From positions 1,975,849 through 2,039,848 of the forward strand of contig CBDBLX010000002.1 of NCBI GenBank assembly GCA_965207445.1: 64,000 nt of DNA, in the 5' to 3' direction. The translations under genes were made by a program, and so were the position numbers. Positions 20,369 through 31,267 of this stretch are shown piece after piece (position 1 is the first letter of the stretch; the number at the start of each line of letters is the position of its first letter). This DNA is from Nitrosopumilus sp. GTDB taxonomy: Archaea > Thermoproteota > Nitrososphaeria > Nitrososphaerales > Nitrosopumilaceae. The notes below the pieces were generated by a model, which was not told the DNA's origin, did not search any database, and saw nothing but the letters and a program-made list of their open reading frames with translations.

Positions 20369-21295
20369 GTGCATCTCATTAAGATGAATATTAGTACATC
20401 TTTTGCGCTACTTGCTGTTTTGGCAGCAGTTAGTACAGTAACCATCTCATCAGCATATGCTCAAACGGAATTCACGAATCAAGGACTTCCAGATGCATGT
20501 GTTGGGTGTAATGCCGAAGATTCCATTACAACAGCAGATAAGATATTGCAAGATGCAATACCCATATCAGTGTGGGTGGACAAGGACGAATACACACATG
20601 AGGACATTATAATGCTGACTGGCTATGTAGCAAATCCAGATACGGCAGGAACTGGAGAATCTCAAGTTACTGTCATGGTGAGAAACTCTATTGGCAGTAT
20701 AGTCACTATAGATCAGGTAAAGGTCAACGATGATAAAACATTTGAAACTTCCCTGAATACTGCAGGTAGACTGTGGATATACGATGGCGTGTATACAATA
20801 TATGTACAGCAAGGCCAAAACTCAAACAAGATACAAGTTGAACTTGTTGAAGGTGAGAAGAAACCCACAATGCAAAGAGAACCCATGGATAAAGAATGTG
20901 CATCAAATGAGCTTGTAGTCATAGGTATGTGTGTTCCATACACCATCGAAGGCGGAGCTGTGACAGGAGCAACAGTCAACACAGATGACATGTCACTTGT
21001 CATTGCAATTGATGCTACAGACAATGGGGTATTGACACTTGAGCCTACAAGTGATGTCATTGACGGAATCTTTATGGTACTAGTTGATGGTCAAGAGTCC
21101 AATGATTATATGATAACAGAGGACAACACGATCATCACGCCATTTGAGCCCACAACTGAGATCATTGAAGTGATCGGTACATATGTTATACCAGAATTTG
21201 GTACTATTGCAATAATGATATTGGCAATAGCCATAGTCTCAATAATTGTCATGTCATCGAGAACAAGACTCGGCATGGTAATGCCAAGAGTATAA
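20369..21295 (+). CDS. PEFG-CTERM sorting-domain surface protein
   Basis: Signal peptide and VIPEFG-TM-RTR tail. Likely start ATG 20384. Confidence 0.9.
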   Translation: MHLIKMNISTSFALLAVLAAVSTVTISSAYAQTEFTNQGLPDACVGCNAEDSITTADKILQDAIPISVWVDKDEYTHEDIIMLTGYVANPDTAGTGESQVTVMVRNSIGSIVTIDQVKVNDDKTFETSLNTAGRLWIYDGVYTIYVQQGQNSNKIQVELVEGEKKPTMQREPMDKECASNELVVIGMCVPYTIEGGAVTGATVNTDDMSLVIAIDATDNGVLTLEPTSDVIDGIFMVLVDGQESNDYMITEDNTIITPFEPTTEIIEVIGTYVIPEFGTIAIMILAIAIVSIIVMSSRTRLGMVMPRV

Positions 21296-21402
21296 GCTCA
21301 CGTACTTTTTTATTATTATTTTTTCATTTTGTTATAAAATCAATTGAGATAGCATTATATTGCTTTTTAAATAGGAGGCATAAGATCTAAAATCAAGTTA
21401 AA

Positions 21403-22335
21403 ATGCTTCACATTCGGAGATTTCACACAGGCACATCTCTGGCATTGCTCATAATATGCACAGGTATATTGATCGCAGTTGTAGGTAGTGTCAATATAAT
21501 ATCAGAGTATGCATTTGCACAAGAGAGTTCTCTGACTCGTCAAAAATCAAACATATCAGTTACAACAGACAAATCAGAGTATGCAATAGGTGACGTGATT
21601 ATAGTATCAGGTAATATAACCACAAGTTTGGCAGATACACCAGTAATATTACAGATATTCAGAGATGGTAATCCAATTCACATAAACCAGATCACTCCTG
21701 CACAAGACAACACGTACTGGGAGATAGTCAAGACTGAAGGGAGTAGATGGAGCAAAGTGGGCGAGTATGAAGTGAATATAAGATATGGTAAAGATGGCAA
21801 GGCAGCAACAAGTTTTACCCTTGTAGATAGTCAAGAAAAAGAAAAAGATACACCAACAGAGTCATCAGGGAGTATAGAAGTAAAAGTAGGAAATGAGACT
21901 TTTGATGTAGCATATACAATTACAGGAGGCAACGTAATAGACATGACACTTGACTGGAGGGACTTTACACTTATTGTAGATATAGAGACAACAGAAGAGT
22001 TTGGATCAATTACCATAGATATGCCTCGAGATTATATCGGAGCAGAGGATACAAGTAGACCTACGGCATCAGATGACATATTCATAGTGCAGATCGACGG
22101 CACCCAAGTCGATTATAATGAAGTGAATAATGCAGACCGAAGCATTAGGAGTATCAGTATAGCATTTTTAGAAGATGATGCAGAGATAAGGATAATTGGA
22201 ACTTATGCAGTACCAGAATTCTCACACTATGTAATAATAATGATGTCAATAATAGGTATCATGGTAATGGTGATCGTTTTGTCAAAAACAAAAAAATACT
22301 CAAATGTAATGCACGTCTATAAAATGACTAAATAA
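21403..22335 (+). CDS. PEF(G)-CTERM-like surface protein (PEFS variant)
   Basis: Signal peptide, VTTDKSEYAIGD domain, AVPEFS-TM-KTKK tail. Confidence 0.87.
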   Translation: MLHIRRFHTGTSLALLIICTGILIAVVGSVNIISEYAFAQESSLTRQKSNISVTTDKSEYAIGDVIIVSGNITTSLADTPVILQIFRDGNPIHINQITPAQDNTYWEIVKTEGSRWSKVGEYEVNIRYGKDGKAATSFTLVDSQEKEKDTPTESSGSIEVKVGNETFDVAYTITGGNVIDMTLDWRDFTLIVDIETTEEFGSITIDMPRDYIGAEDTSRPTASDDIFIVQIDGTQVDYNEVNNADRSIRSISIAFLEDDAEIRIIGTYAVPEFSHYVIIMMSIIGIMVMVIVLSKTKKYSNVMHVYKMTK

Positions 22336-22364
22336 ATATTAAAATTGACAAGGTTGGTTCTACG

Positions 22365-23588
22365 TCAATTAAATTCATACTTTGATTTAAAAGGAGATAC
22401 CATACGCAGCTCATGTACAATTTTTTTAAGTGTGTCAACTGTATAATCTACATCATCCAAAGTATTGAATTCGCCAAATGAAAGTCGAAGAGATCCTGCA
22501 ATCTGCTCGTGTGTAAATCCCATAGCTTTGAGAACATGTGACTCTTTTTGTTTATTCATTGTACATGCAGAACCAGTTGATGCGGCAATTCCATGTTCAT
22601 CTAGTTTGACAAGTAGATCTTCACCATTTACTCCAAGAAATGTGAAATGAACATTTCCAAAAAGGCGTGTATTTAAGGGCCCATTAAGAACACAATTTGG
22701 TATATTATCTAGTATTTTAGAAATTAATGTATCTCGTAGCTTTTTGATACAAATCACGTTGTCATTCATCTTTTGGCGTGCAATATTACATGCAGTGCCA
22801 AATCCTACAATGCCCATGACGTTTTCAGTGCCAGAGCGCACACCACGCTCTTGTCCGCCTCCGAGCATTTTTGGCATTAATTTTATACCATCACGTACAT
22901 ACAAAGCACCAATACCTTTTGGACCATGAATTTTGTGAGATGAAATAGACATCATGTCGACTTGAATCTCACGTACATCAATGGGCATCTTTCCCACTGC
23001 CTGAACTGCATCGGTATGAAATATGGCACCAGCATCATGACACATCTGAACAATCTTTTGTATAGGTTGCACAGATCCGACCTCGTTGTTTGCATACATT
23101 ATAGAGACAAGGGCGGGTTTTGATTGTAATAAATCAGATTGATCATTATGTTGTAAATCATATGCGCTCAATAATTTTTTGAGCTCGTCGATGTCGACTG
23201 TTCCATACTTGTCAACTGAAAGATAATGTACATGTGCCATTTGTGTATCGTGTAAGTTACGGCAGGGCTCGAGCACAGCATCGTGTTCTATAGAAGATGT
23301 AATAATATTACAAGAATGTGTAGAGTGAGAATAATTGTTTACAAATCCGTACAATGCTAAATTGTTGGATTCGGTACCACCAGATGTAAAAAATATCTCA
23401 GAGGGGTGAGCATTTATCAAGAGTGCTATTTGTTTGCGTGCATTTTGTATTGCTTTTTTTGCTATTCTGCCACTGCGGTGTATAGATGAGGGGTTTCCAT
23501 AGTGTTCTTTGAGAAAAGGTAACATCGCATCATATACTTTAGGATGTATGGGTGTCGATGCGGCATTATCAAGATATATGGTATTCAA
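22365..23588 (-). CDS. iscS: Cysteine desulfurase (IscS/NifS type)
   Basis: IYLDNAAST, FTSGGTESNN, SSHKIHGPKG, STGSAC. Confidence 0.95.
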   Translation of the reverse strand: MNTIYLDNAASTPIHPKVYDAMLPFLKEHYGNPSSIHRSGRIAKKAIQNARKQIALLINAHPSEIFFTSGGTESNNLALYGFVNNYSHSTHSCNIITSSIEHDAVLEPCRNLHDTQMAHVHYLSVDKYGTVDIDELKKLLSAYDLQHNDQSDLLQSKPALVSIMYANNEVGSVQPIQKIVQMCHDAGAIFHTDAVQAVGKMPIDVREIQVDMMSISSHKIHGPKGIGALYVRDGIKLMPKMLGGGQERGVRSGTENVMGIVGFGTACNIARQKMNDNVICIKKLRDTLISKILDNIPNCVLNGPLNTRLFGNVHFTFLGVNGEDLLVKLDEHGIAASTGSACTMNKQKESHVLKAMGFTHEQIAGSLRLSFGEFNTLDDVDYTVDTLKKIVHELRMVSPFKSKYEFN

Positions 23589-24547
23589 TCCAAAATCACA
23601 TCATTTAATTTTCCTGTTCTGTATCCTTGTGGATCAAGTATAACGTCATTGAACCCGATCATCTTTAGTCTATCTGTTATAGCATCCAAGAGGTTCGTGT
23701 GTCCACTTTTACTGTTACTGTCACTACCATTATCATGATTAACATCACTGCTAATACCACTAACAACGTTACCGTCACCGCACATTATACAATTGTCAGG
23801 TTTATTGATATCATATGTGATAGAATTACACTCAGAATTACACTCAGAATCATCAAACACATGAAGAATCTCAGGCTCCACCTCTATGCGAGCAGACCCA
23901 TCAATATCCCTCACTCTTACTTGCTTTGCACCAGATAATTGACGCACAATTCTTTCACCTAGTTCAATGCGCGTGAGCTTTTCAGCAGTAATTCGTACAC
24001 CCCAGGGTATGCGAGATGCTAAACAGGAATTAGATGGTCTATCATATATGGAGAGTCCCGTATTCTGTGCAACGGTACGTACATCATGTTTTGTAAACTG
24101 CACATCGATCAATGGACTGTATATGTGATTCTCCCTCATAGCTGTAATGCCGGGCCTATAATCACCAAGGTCATCTAGATGGGTGCCATCAACTACGATC
24201 CATAAACCAGGCATATTTTTTGCCATCTCAGCCAAGCGTCCACCAAGTTCGGTTCTACAGTGATAACAGCGGGTATTATCATTTATGACAAAATTATCAT
24301 TCTCAAGCTCATTGTACTCTAGCATGATATGTTGTATTCCAATCTCGGCGCATATTGACTTTGCAGTATCTAATTCTTCTTGAGACAGTGTTCGATAGTC
24401 AGCAGTGATGGCAATTGCTTTGTGCTCACCAAGAGCAGAAAATGCAGCATACGCAACCAAAGCGCTATCTACACCACCAGATAGTGCAATCAAAGCACCC
24501 TCATCACGTTTTTGAAACCACTCTAAAAGATTATCAAATTTCGTTAT
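23585..24547 (-). CDS. larE: ATP-dependent sacrificial sulfur transferase LarE
   Basis: PP-loop SGGVDS, RCYHCR, DDLGDYRPG, SCLASRIP. The frame extends upstream of the track TTG (24493) to ATA 24547. Confidence 0.92.
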   Translation of the reverse strand: MTKFDNLLEWFQKRDEGALIALSGGVDSALVAYAAFSALGEHKAIAITADYRTLSQEELDTAKSICAEIGIQHIMLEYNELENDNFVINDNTRCYHCRTELGGRLAEMAKNMPGLWIVVDGTHLDDLGDYRPGITAMRENHIYSPLIDVQFTKHDVRTVAQNTGLSIYDRPSNSCLASRIPWGVRITAEKLTRIELGERIVRQLSGAKQVRVRDIDGSARIEVEPEILHVFDDSECNSECNSITYDINKPDNCIMCGDGNVVSGISSDVNHDNGSDSNSKSGHTNLLDAITDRLKMIGFNDVILDPQGYRTGKLNDVILD

Positions 24548-24764
24548 ATTCGCTCAACTCCATTTATTGTATATACATATATTATCACATTGTATATTGT
24601 ATATGGTATTATACGTAACGTCACTAGTATATGTAGACATCACGCACAGCATCACATAAACCATTACATCATGTACTGTGCTCTCATAAGAAAAGGTTGG
24701 TGTGTATGGTAGATTGTTATAATGCATAGCACCTAGTATGTTATATGTACTAGTATTAAAATTG

Positions 24765-26162
24765 TTATTTACCATCACCATTATTACCATCACCATTATT
24801 ACCATCACCATTATTACCATCACCATTATTACCATCACCATTATTACCATCACAGTTATCAAAATTCAAAGTATTTGATGACAATCCACCATTGTCCATA
24901 TTTACAATCATATCTCGTAAGATGGGTTCTATCTTTAAAATAGGCATGCCAACTGCATCAGATACCTTTAGCAAATCATCAAACTCAATCTTAAATCCAA
25001 AATTAGTAGGTGTGTTGTCATCATCATCTGTAAATATATCACGAGTCTTGTACCTTATCTCAAATCGTTTGTCAAATAACACCAAATTTACAACATGTTG
25101 TTTTCTGGGTACTGTAACTCGTTTGGACTCTGATACTCTTACACCAAGTGTGCCAGTCTCACTCATCAATAAATCGGTTAATTTTTCAGACATGTCTACA
25201 TCGCACATAACAGAGATCATATTAACCGGCCTGTTCTTTTTTGTGAGTCCTTGAAACACAGAGACGTCCTTTGCACCGGCATTCATGATCTTGTTGATTG
25301 TATTGCCAATTATCTCACCTGTTGCATCATCAACATTAGTCTCCAGTACACAAACACGCTCAATTGCATTATTTTTTGTATGTATCAGAGATTCAGAACC
25401 ACATACTAGTTTGAGTACATTTGCAAACTTGTCAAAGTTTTTGCACCCTGCACCATACCCAACAGAGTCAATCAGTAAGGGTGGATAAAAGCTAGTTGTA
25501 TGGGGTTGCAATGCAGCAAGTATACATGCACCAGTAGGTGTGACAAGCTCAGAATCAACATCTGCACCATGAATCAATATGTGGTATTTTTTAAAGATCT
25601 CAAGTACCGCATATGCAGGATTGGAAGATATACCATGGGAGAATGAGACAGTACCACCCCCAACACACACAGGCATACACACAATACGATGATCAAAAAG
25701 ATCTAAACTATCAAGTGCAATCGCAGTCCCTATGATATCTACAAGCGTATCCACACCAGATGCTTCATGAAACACGACTGAATTTTTTGATACTCCATGC
25801 ACTTTGGACTCAGAATCTAAAAGTATATTGATACACCGAGATGCAAAAATAGATGCAGCATTAGATAGTAAAATATTTGTAGATGCATTAGATATTGCAT
25901 CAACCAAATCAGTGCCTTTGCGTTCTTTGTGACCAGTATTCAAAGTGTCATGTGCATTTAACAATAATTTGGTTGCTGATATACCGTTTTTGCGAGTTTG
26001 TTCAAACTTTATCTCATTTATAGCAACACCATCACCAAGAAATTTTGCAGAGGTTTTAACTCCACGTATAATGTCATCTTTATTTGCACCTAGGTCAACT
26101 AGTGCGCACAAAAACATGTCACCGGAAATTCCTGCAACTTGTGCATCTATAACAAGAACCAT
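24765..26162 (-). CDS. larC: Nickel pincer cofactor biosynthesis protein LarC
   Basis: AGISGDMFL, FHE, ELVTPTGA, LETNVDD, ETGTLGVR. Single unsplit ORF with a C-terminal (GNNGD)n repeat. Confidence 0.95.
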   Translation of the reverse strand: MVLVIDAQVAGISGDMFLCALVDLGANKDDIIRGVKTSAKFLGDGVAINEIKFEQTRKNGISATKLLLNAHDTLNTGHKERKGTDLVDAISNASTNILLSNAASIFASRCINILLDSESKVHGVSKNSVVFHEASGVDTLVDIIGTAIALDSLDLFDHRIVCMPVCVGGGTVSFSHGISSNPAYAVLEIFKKYHILIHGADVDSELVTPTGACILAALQPHTTSFYPPLLIDSVGYGAGCKNFDKFANVLKLVCGSESLIHTKNNAIERVCVLETNVDDATGEIIGNTINKIMNAGAKDVSVFQGLTKKNRPVNMISVMCDVDMSEKLTDLLMSETGTLGVRVSESKRVTVPRKQHVVNLVLFDKRFEIRYKTRDIFTDDDDNTPTNFGFKIEFDDLLKVSDAVGMPILKIEPILRDMIVNMDNGGLSSNTLNFDNCDGNNGDGNNGDGNNGDGNNGDGNNGDGK

Positions 26163-26583
26163 ACATCATTGTAATCAAAAAATGAATATAAATTATATAA
26201 CAACAAAAAATCCAGATCAATACAAGTTAAATATTTTCATATTATTTTGAATACACTTATTATTAAATAAGTACATATTCGCATCTAATCAATACTTGAA
26301 TCATCTCAGATGTAATTTTAATTAGATATAACGACGCTCACAAGTTCTAGCACAAATTAAAGCCACGAATCAGTTGCAAATTGACCTGTGAGTTACTTTC
26401 GATAAACGTCCGACATAGTCACAAATGCGGCGCGTAACTGCTCCTTTGGGGGAAAAGTCAAAAATACATTCATTTATTAGTATACAAAAATTGAACAACT
26501 AAAAAAGTATACAAAAATTGAACAACTAAAAAAATACGCAGGTCCGAAAAGATGAGGTGTATTACGCGCAGGCTATCTATGTT

Positions 26584-26665
26584 ATAACCGTTCAATTTCT
26601 TCCCAAATTCAGGCACAAATTCACCAATTATATCTGGCGCAAACACACAAGAGTTAAACAGTTGC
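26584..26665 (-). mobile_element. MITE family A copy (degenerate)
   Basis: Reverse complement reads GCGCCAGATAT..GGTGAATTTGTGCCTGAATTTGGGAAGAAATTGAACGGTTAT. Confidence 0.78.
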
Positions 26666-26848
26666 GTTTGGGTTTTCTCAGAATTAAATTCAACATATTA
26701 CAAATTATAACAAAATATATGATATACAAGGTTTAAGGTTGTCTTACACATCATAACAAAAAATTACACATTATTTTTTTGTATAATTTGAGATGAGTTT
26801 TGCATTTACAATGATCTAGCTTTATTTATCGAACATTTTCCACCATAA

Positions 26849-27766
26849 ATGATGATTACCATAATAGGGTCAGGCAAAGTAGGCGGAGATGCCGCACTAT
26901 TCTCTGCACTAAAGCAGCTTGATGATGAAATATTACTACTTGATGTTGTAAATGGACTTCCTCAAGGCGAAGCTATGGATATCAACCATGCACTTGCAGA
27001 GCTTGGAATTGATGTAAACGTCACAGGCTCAAATGACTATTCAGACATGAAAGGCTCAAAAGTTGTCGTAGTGGTAGCAGGATCTGGTCGAAAGCCAGGT
27101 ATGACTAGAATGGACTTGTTAAAGATTAACTCTTCGATAGTAAAGAGTGTTGTAACAGAGATAAAGAGATATGCAGATGACTCTATACTCATACCAGTCA
27201 CAAATCCACTTGATCCCATGGCATACATAGCATACAAAGTATCAGGGTTTGAGCGAAATCGAATATGTGGAATGGGTGGAATGCTTGACTTGTCAAGATT
27301 TAATCAATTTATACACAAAGCGACAGGGCATTCACGTGATTCGATAAGGGCTCTAGTGATAGGAGAGCATGGGGAGAATATGCTTCCTCTCCCAAGATTT
27401 TCAACAGTATCAGGAATACCACTCAACAGCATATTGGATGAAAATGAAACAGAGAAGATCACAGCAGATACAAAACAAGTGGCAGCAAAGGTAATAGAAT
27501 TAAAAGGTGCAACAGTTCATGCACCTGGAAATGCCATATCCTCAATAATTGAATCAATTGTAAGAGACAAAAAACGGATAATGCCAGTATCAACACCACT
27601 TGACGGAGAGTATGGTTATTCAGATATAACTATTGGAATACCAGCAGTAATTGGTAAGAGAGGGGTTGAGAAGATAATAGAGCTTGACTTGAATGAGAAA
27701 GAAAAAGAGTCTTTTTCAAAATCAGTAGAGTCTATAAAAAATGCAATATCAACACTAGATGTATAG
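26849..27766 (+). CDS. mdh: Malate dehydrogenase (LDH-like)
   Basis: [28 protein letters not shown]. Confidence 0.95.
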   Translation: MMITIIGSGKVGGDAALFSALKQLDDEILLLDVVNGLPQGEAMDINHALAELGIDVNVTGSNDYSDMKGSKVVVVVAGSGRKPGMTRMDLLKINSSIVKSVVTEIKRYADDSILIPVTNPLDPMAYIAYKVSGFERNRICGMGGMLDLSRFNQFIHKATGHSRDSIRALVIGEHGENMLPLPRFSTVSGIPLNSILDENETEKITADTKQVAAKVIELKGATVHAPGNAISSIIESIVRDKKRIMPVSTPLDGEYGYSDITIGIPAVIGKRGVEKIIELDLNEKEKESFSKSVESIKNAISTLDV

Positions 27767-27845
27767 TACGACTCAGAATTCACATCGATTCGACAACTAG
27801 GTAGCAACCGTTTGTTGCACCCAATGTCCCATAAATAGTGCCGTC

Positions 27846-28775
27846 TTGAATGTTTGTATAGGTATAGTCATAATAATAATAATAATTATCAATGTTAGTA
27901 ATTTCACCTTGAGATCCAACGGACAAACGTCACATTTTTTTAGCCATGTCAAAGTCACAAATTTGTTGGAGTTAGATGACATATTACAATCACTGAAAGC
28001 AGGTAGTATCGATATTACAAAAGCAAAAAATTTACTTTCCATATACGCAATCGAACAAATAAAAGATTATGCAAAGATTGATGTGAATCGCAACATGCGC
28101 AAAGGCATACCAGAGATAGTGTTTGCAGAATCCAAAAAAAGAGACGAGATAAAAGAGATCATGAAATCCATATTGTATAAGAACAAACTAGTAGTTGTAT
28201 CACGCATCAAAGAGGAAGACTATCAAGATATTGCATCATATGCAACAGATCAGTTAAATGCAAAGATAACAATGGGTAGAAATTCCACTACCATACTTGT
28301 ACACACAGACAAGCTAAAATTCAAAAACAGTACAATAGGTATACTTGCAGCAGGAACATCAGATGTCGGGGTTGCAGAAGAGGCAAGACTAGTCTGCGAA
28401 TCCATGGAATGTAAATGCATCACAGGATATGATGTTGGTATTGCAGGATTGCAACGTATATTCCCCATACTAAATGATATGATCAAATCAGATGTTGGAT
28501 GTATTATAGTGGTGGCAGGAATGGAAGGTGCACTTGCCACACTAGTCTCATCACTAGTTGGAATCCCAGTAATTGGTGTGCCAACATCAGTAGGATATGG
28601 ATACGGACAAAAAGGAATAGCCGCACTAGCATCTATGCTTCAGAGCTGCTCATTAGGTATGGCAGTTGTGAATATTGACAATGGAGTTGCAGCAGGCGCC
28701 ATTGCAGCAAATATTGCAAATAGGAGATTAGAATCGGCAACCATAACACAAGATGTAATTGAATCAAAGCAGTAA
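27846..28775 (+). CDS. larB: Nickel pincer cofactor biosynthesis protein LarB
   Basis: GIPEIVF, AGTSD, VAGMEGAL, PTSVGYG, NIDNG. True start is probably a TTG near 27963-27966. Confidence 0.93.
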   Translation: MNVCIGIVIIIIIIINVSNFTLRSNGQTSHFFSHVKVTNLLELDDILQSLKAGSIDITKAKNLLSIYAIEQIKDYAKIDVNRNMRKGIPEIVFAESKKRDEIKEIMKSILYKNKLVVVSRIKEEDYQDIASYATDQLNAKITMGRNSTTILVHTDKLKFKNSTIGILAAGTSDVGVAEEARLVCESMECKCITGYDVGIAGLQRIFPILNDMIKSDVGCIIVVAGMEGALATLVSSLVGIPVIGVPTSVGYGYGQKGIAALASMLQSCSLGMAVVNIDNGVAAGAIAANIANRRLESATITQDVIESKQ

Positions 28776-28945
28776 CAAAGTAATAGTCAATAAACCACAT
28801 ACACCATTACAAATACCAAATAATTACACATAAACAAATACAAAGAATTCCCAAAAAATGATGAAAACCAACATTTTAGTGCAAAAAAATACAGCATGAT
28901 GATCTTCTAGTAAATCATAAATACGCACAAAGCAAAACCAACCAT

Positions 28946-30532
28946 ATGAGTAATAATGGCAGACGCATAGTGCTAACTGCTGATCGAAGTTTGATGACCA
29001 ACTATCGAGGTAACTTTTTGTACGGATTTATTGCATGTGGCCCATACGAAGTGCTTCCAGAATGGGTCTTTGACAAGGTATTTTGCCCATCAGTTGAGAC
29101 CGATCCAATCACAGGAGAGGCCAAAGTAGCTCAAATAGGCCTTCGCAGAGTCGAGAGTGCCCTGTTGCAAGGTGATTATAACAGAGAAGATGTATTTGTA
29201 GCACACCCAGAGATGCTTGAAAAATGCATAGGCCCAGACACCAATGTAGTTGGGATCAATGTTATGGATCCACTAGGTATGGCTCCCGTAACTACCACAA
29301 TGTCCCCGGAAAAGCTCTCATATGTTGCAATGAAGTTCAAAAAAATGTGTGCAAATATAATACAATTAAAGAAAAAATATGATTTCAAAGTAGTAGTAGG
29401 TGGTAATGGGGCATGGGAGCTTGCAAAGACAGATCGCATGAGAATACATGGAATCGACACTGTAGTGACAGGTGAGGCAGATGAGTTAGCAGTTGACCTG
29501 TTTCATGACTTGGAAAAGGGAGATGCCCCAGAACTTATGCATTGTTTTGTGAGAAATATACAGAACATTCCAGTTATAGAATCCCCGACCATAAATTCAC
29601 TTATCGAGGCCATGAGGGGATGCGGCAGAGGGTGTGATTTTTGTGATGTTAATAAGAGATCCAAAAAGGATTTGCCACTAGAAAGACTACAACGTGAGGC
29701 AAAGGTAAACTTGGATTATGGATTTGACTCTATATGGTTGCACTCAGATGAGATGTTGTTATATGGATGTGACAATCGAGACATGCGTCCGAACAGTGAT
29801 GCAATTACAGAGTTGTGGAGAGGTCTCAAGAACCTAGGCGCAAATTTTGTAGGCACGACACACATGACATTTTCAGCAGTGGCAGCAGATCCAGACTTGA
29901 TGCGCGATATAGCAAACATCAATAAACAACACGAGACTGGAAGGTGGCTTGCTACAAATCTTGGAATCGAGACGGTATCGCCTGCAATGGTCAAAAAACA
30001 CCTAGGTGTTAAGACGCGTCCATTCTCAACTGATGAGTGGGGAAGTGTTGTGAGGGAGGGTGCGCGTATACTAAATGAGAATCACTGGTTCCCAGCAGCA
30101 ACAATAATTATTGGATGGCCTGATGAGACTCCAGATGACATACAATATACCATAGACATGATGGCAGACTTTAGGGAGATGGACTTTAGGGGACTAGTGG
30201 CACCACTACTATACCAAGACTTTAGTGAAAAGAACTCGATGCACTTTGGAAATCTCAACGAGGCACAATTCACGCTGTTTTGGAAGTGTTGGGAGAACAA
30301 CTTGCACGTGATAAATGATATTATACCCATCATACTACGAAACAAGACGTATGGTCCGCCAATGAAGGTCTTTATGTACGGAATGCTAAAGGCAGGCACA
30401 TGGGCAATAATGAGATACCTGCGTGGGCTGTGCAAGGATCTGTTCAATGGTAGAATGCCAGATGAGATTGTTGCCAAATATGCAAAGAGTAGATCAGTTT
30501 CCATGCCAAAGATACAAACAAAGAAACTTTAA
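28946..30532 (+). CDS. B12-binding-domain radical SAM protein
   Basis: RGCGRGCDFC (CxxxCxxC) after an N-terminal cobalamin-binding-like region (VVVGG, GEAD). Confidence 0.9.
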   Translation: MSNNGRRIVLTADRSLMTNYRGNFLYGFIACGPYEVLPEWVFDKVFCPSVETDPITGEAKVAQIGLRRVESALLQGDYNREDVFVAHPEMLEKCIGPDTNVVGINVMDPLGMAPVTTTMSPEKLSYVAMKFKKMCANIIQLKKKYDFKVVVGGNGAWELAKTDRMRIHGIDTVVTGEADELAVDLFHDLEKGDAPELMHCFVRNIQNIPVIESPTINSLIEAMRGCGRGCDFCDVNKRSKKDLPLERLQREAKVNLDYGFDSIWLHSDEMLLYGCDNRDMRPNSDAITELWRGLKNLGANFVGTTHMTFSAVAADPDLMRDIANINKQHETGRWLATNLGIETVSPAMVKKHLGVKTRPFSTDEWGSVVREGARILNENHWFPAATIIIGWPDETPDDIQYTIDMMADFREMDFRGLVAPLLYQDFSEKNSMHFGNLNEAQFTLFWKCWENNLHVINDIIPIILRNKTYGPPMKVFMYGMLKAGTWAIMRYLRGLCKDLFNGRMPDEIVAKYAKSRSVSMPKIQTKKL

Positions 30533-30651
30533 TCTAATGTATGAAAAACTAGTCTAAAATTCAACTAGTTGAATAACGATAACAACCACCAAGCAAATAG
30601 CAACATATAGTTATAAAATATGAATATATAAAATAGATTAAAGTGTGGCAG

Positions 30652-30975
30652 TTAGATATTCTTGAGTGCTTCATCTGCAAGTGTATTGCGTTTTGGTCTT
30701 AGCACTACAAAGTAAAATTTGTCAGCGCGCTCTACTTGTTCTACAAGTTTGTAAGTTCTAGTCGGTAGGTCAAACTCATACAGTCCAGGCTCAAAGTCTT
30801 GTTTTACATATACGACTAAAAACGAGTCTGCACCAGATCCACCAAGAGGTACAAATGACATCAAATATCCTTTGTAAGAGCTAATTGGTAGTGTGTTTTT
30901 CATAGGAGAGATTGCAGATGTAATATACATAAAAAAGTCATCAGTCGTCTCAAACTCTTCGTATTCAATATGCAT
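30652..30975 (-). CDS. Conserved archaeal hypothetical protein
   Basis: 107-aa ORF with ATG start and natural composition. Confidence 0.7.
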   Translation of the reverse strand: MHIEYEEFETTDDFFMYITSAISPMKNTLPISSYKGYLMSFVPLGGSGADSFLVVYVKQDFEPGLYEFDLPTRTYKLVEQVERADKFYFVVLRPKRNTLADEALKNI

Positions 30976-31267
30976 GAATTACGTAAAGATTTCGTTGTAT
31001 AATAATGATGCGTGTACAAAGATCTGTAAACAAAAATATACATTTAAATTTTATAATCATATTATTAATACAAATATTAAAACAAAACACTCAAGCAAAA
31101 TTATGTTCAAACCATGAGTAGCAGATACAATTGGCATACTAGAAAATTATTAGAAAAATCGAAAAAATACATTATCTGCATTTTTGGAATTTTAGTAACG
31201 AAACAAGATTGATGTCAAAATTTCCAAGTTATTAAAACTAGTACTAGAAACTAGAAAATAATGAATA

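Noticed and set aside
24554..24862. 102-aa ORF with MVMVI repeats
   Set aside because: It is an alternative frame of the LarC GNNGD repeat.
30559..30574. Perfect 16-bp palindrome ATTCAACTAGTTGAAT
   Set aside because: Single AT-rich occurrence between convergent genes, with no second copy or other support.
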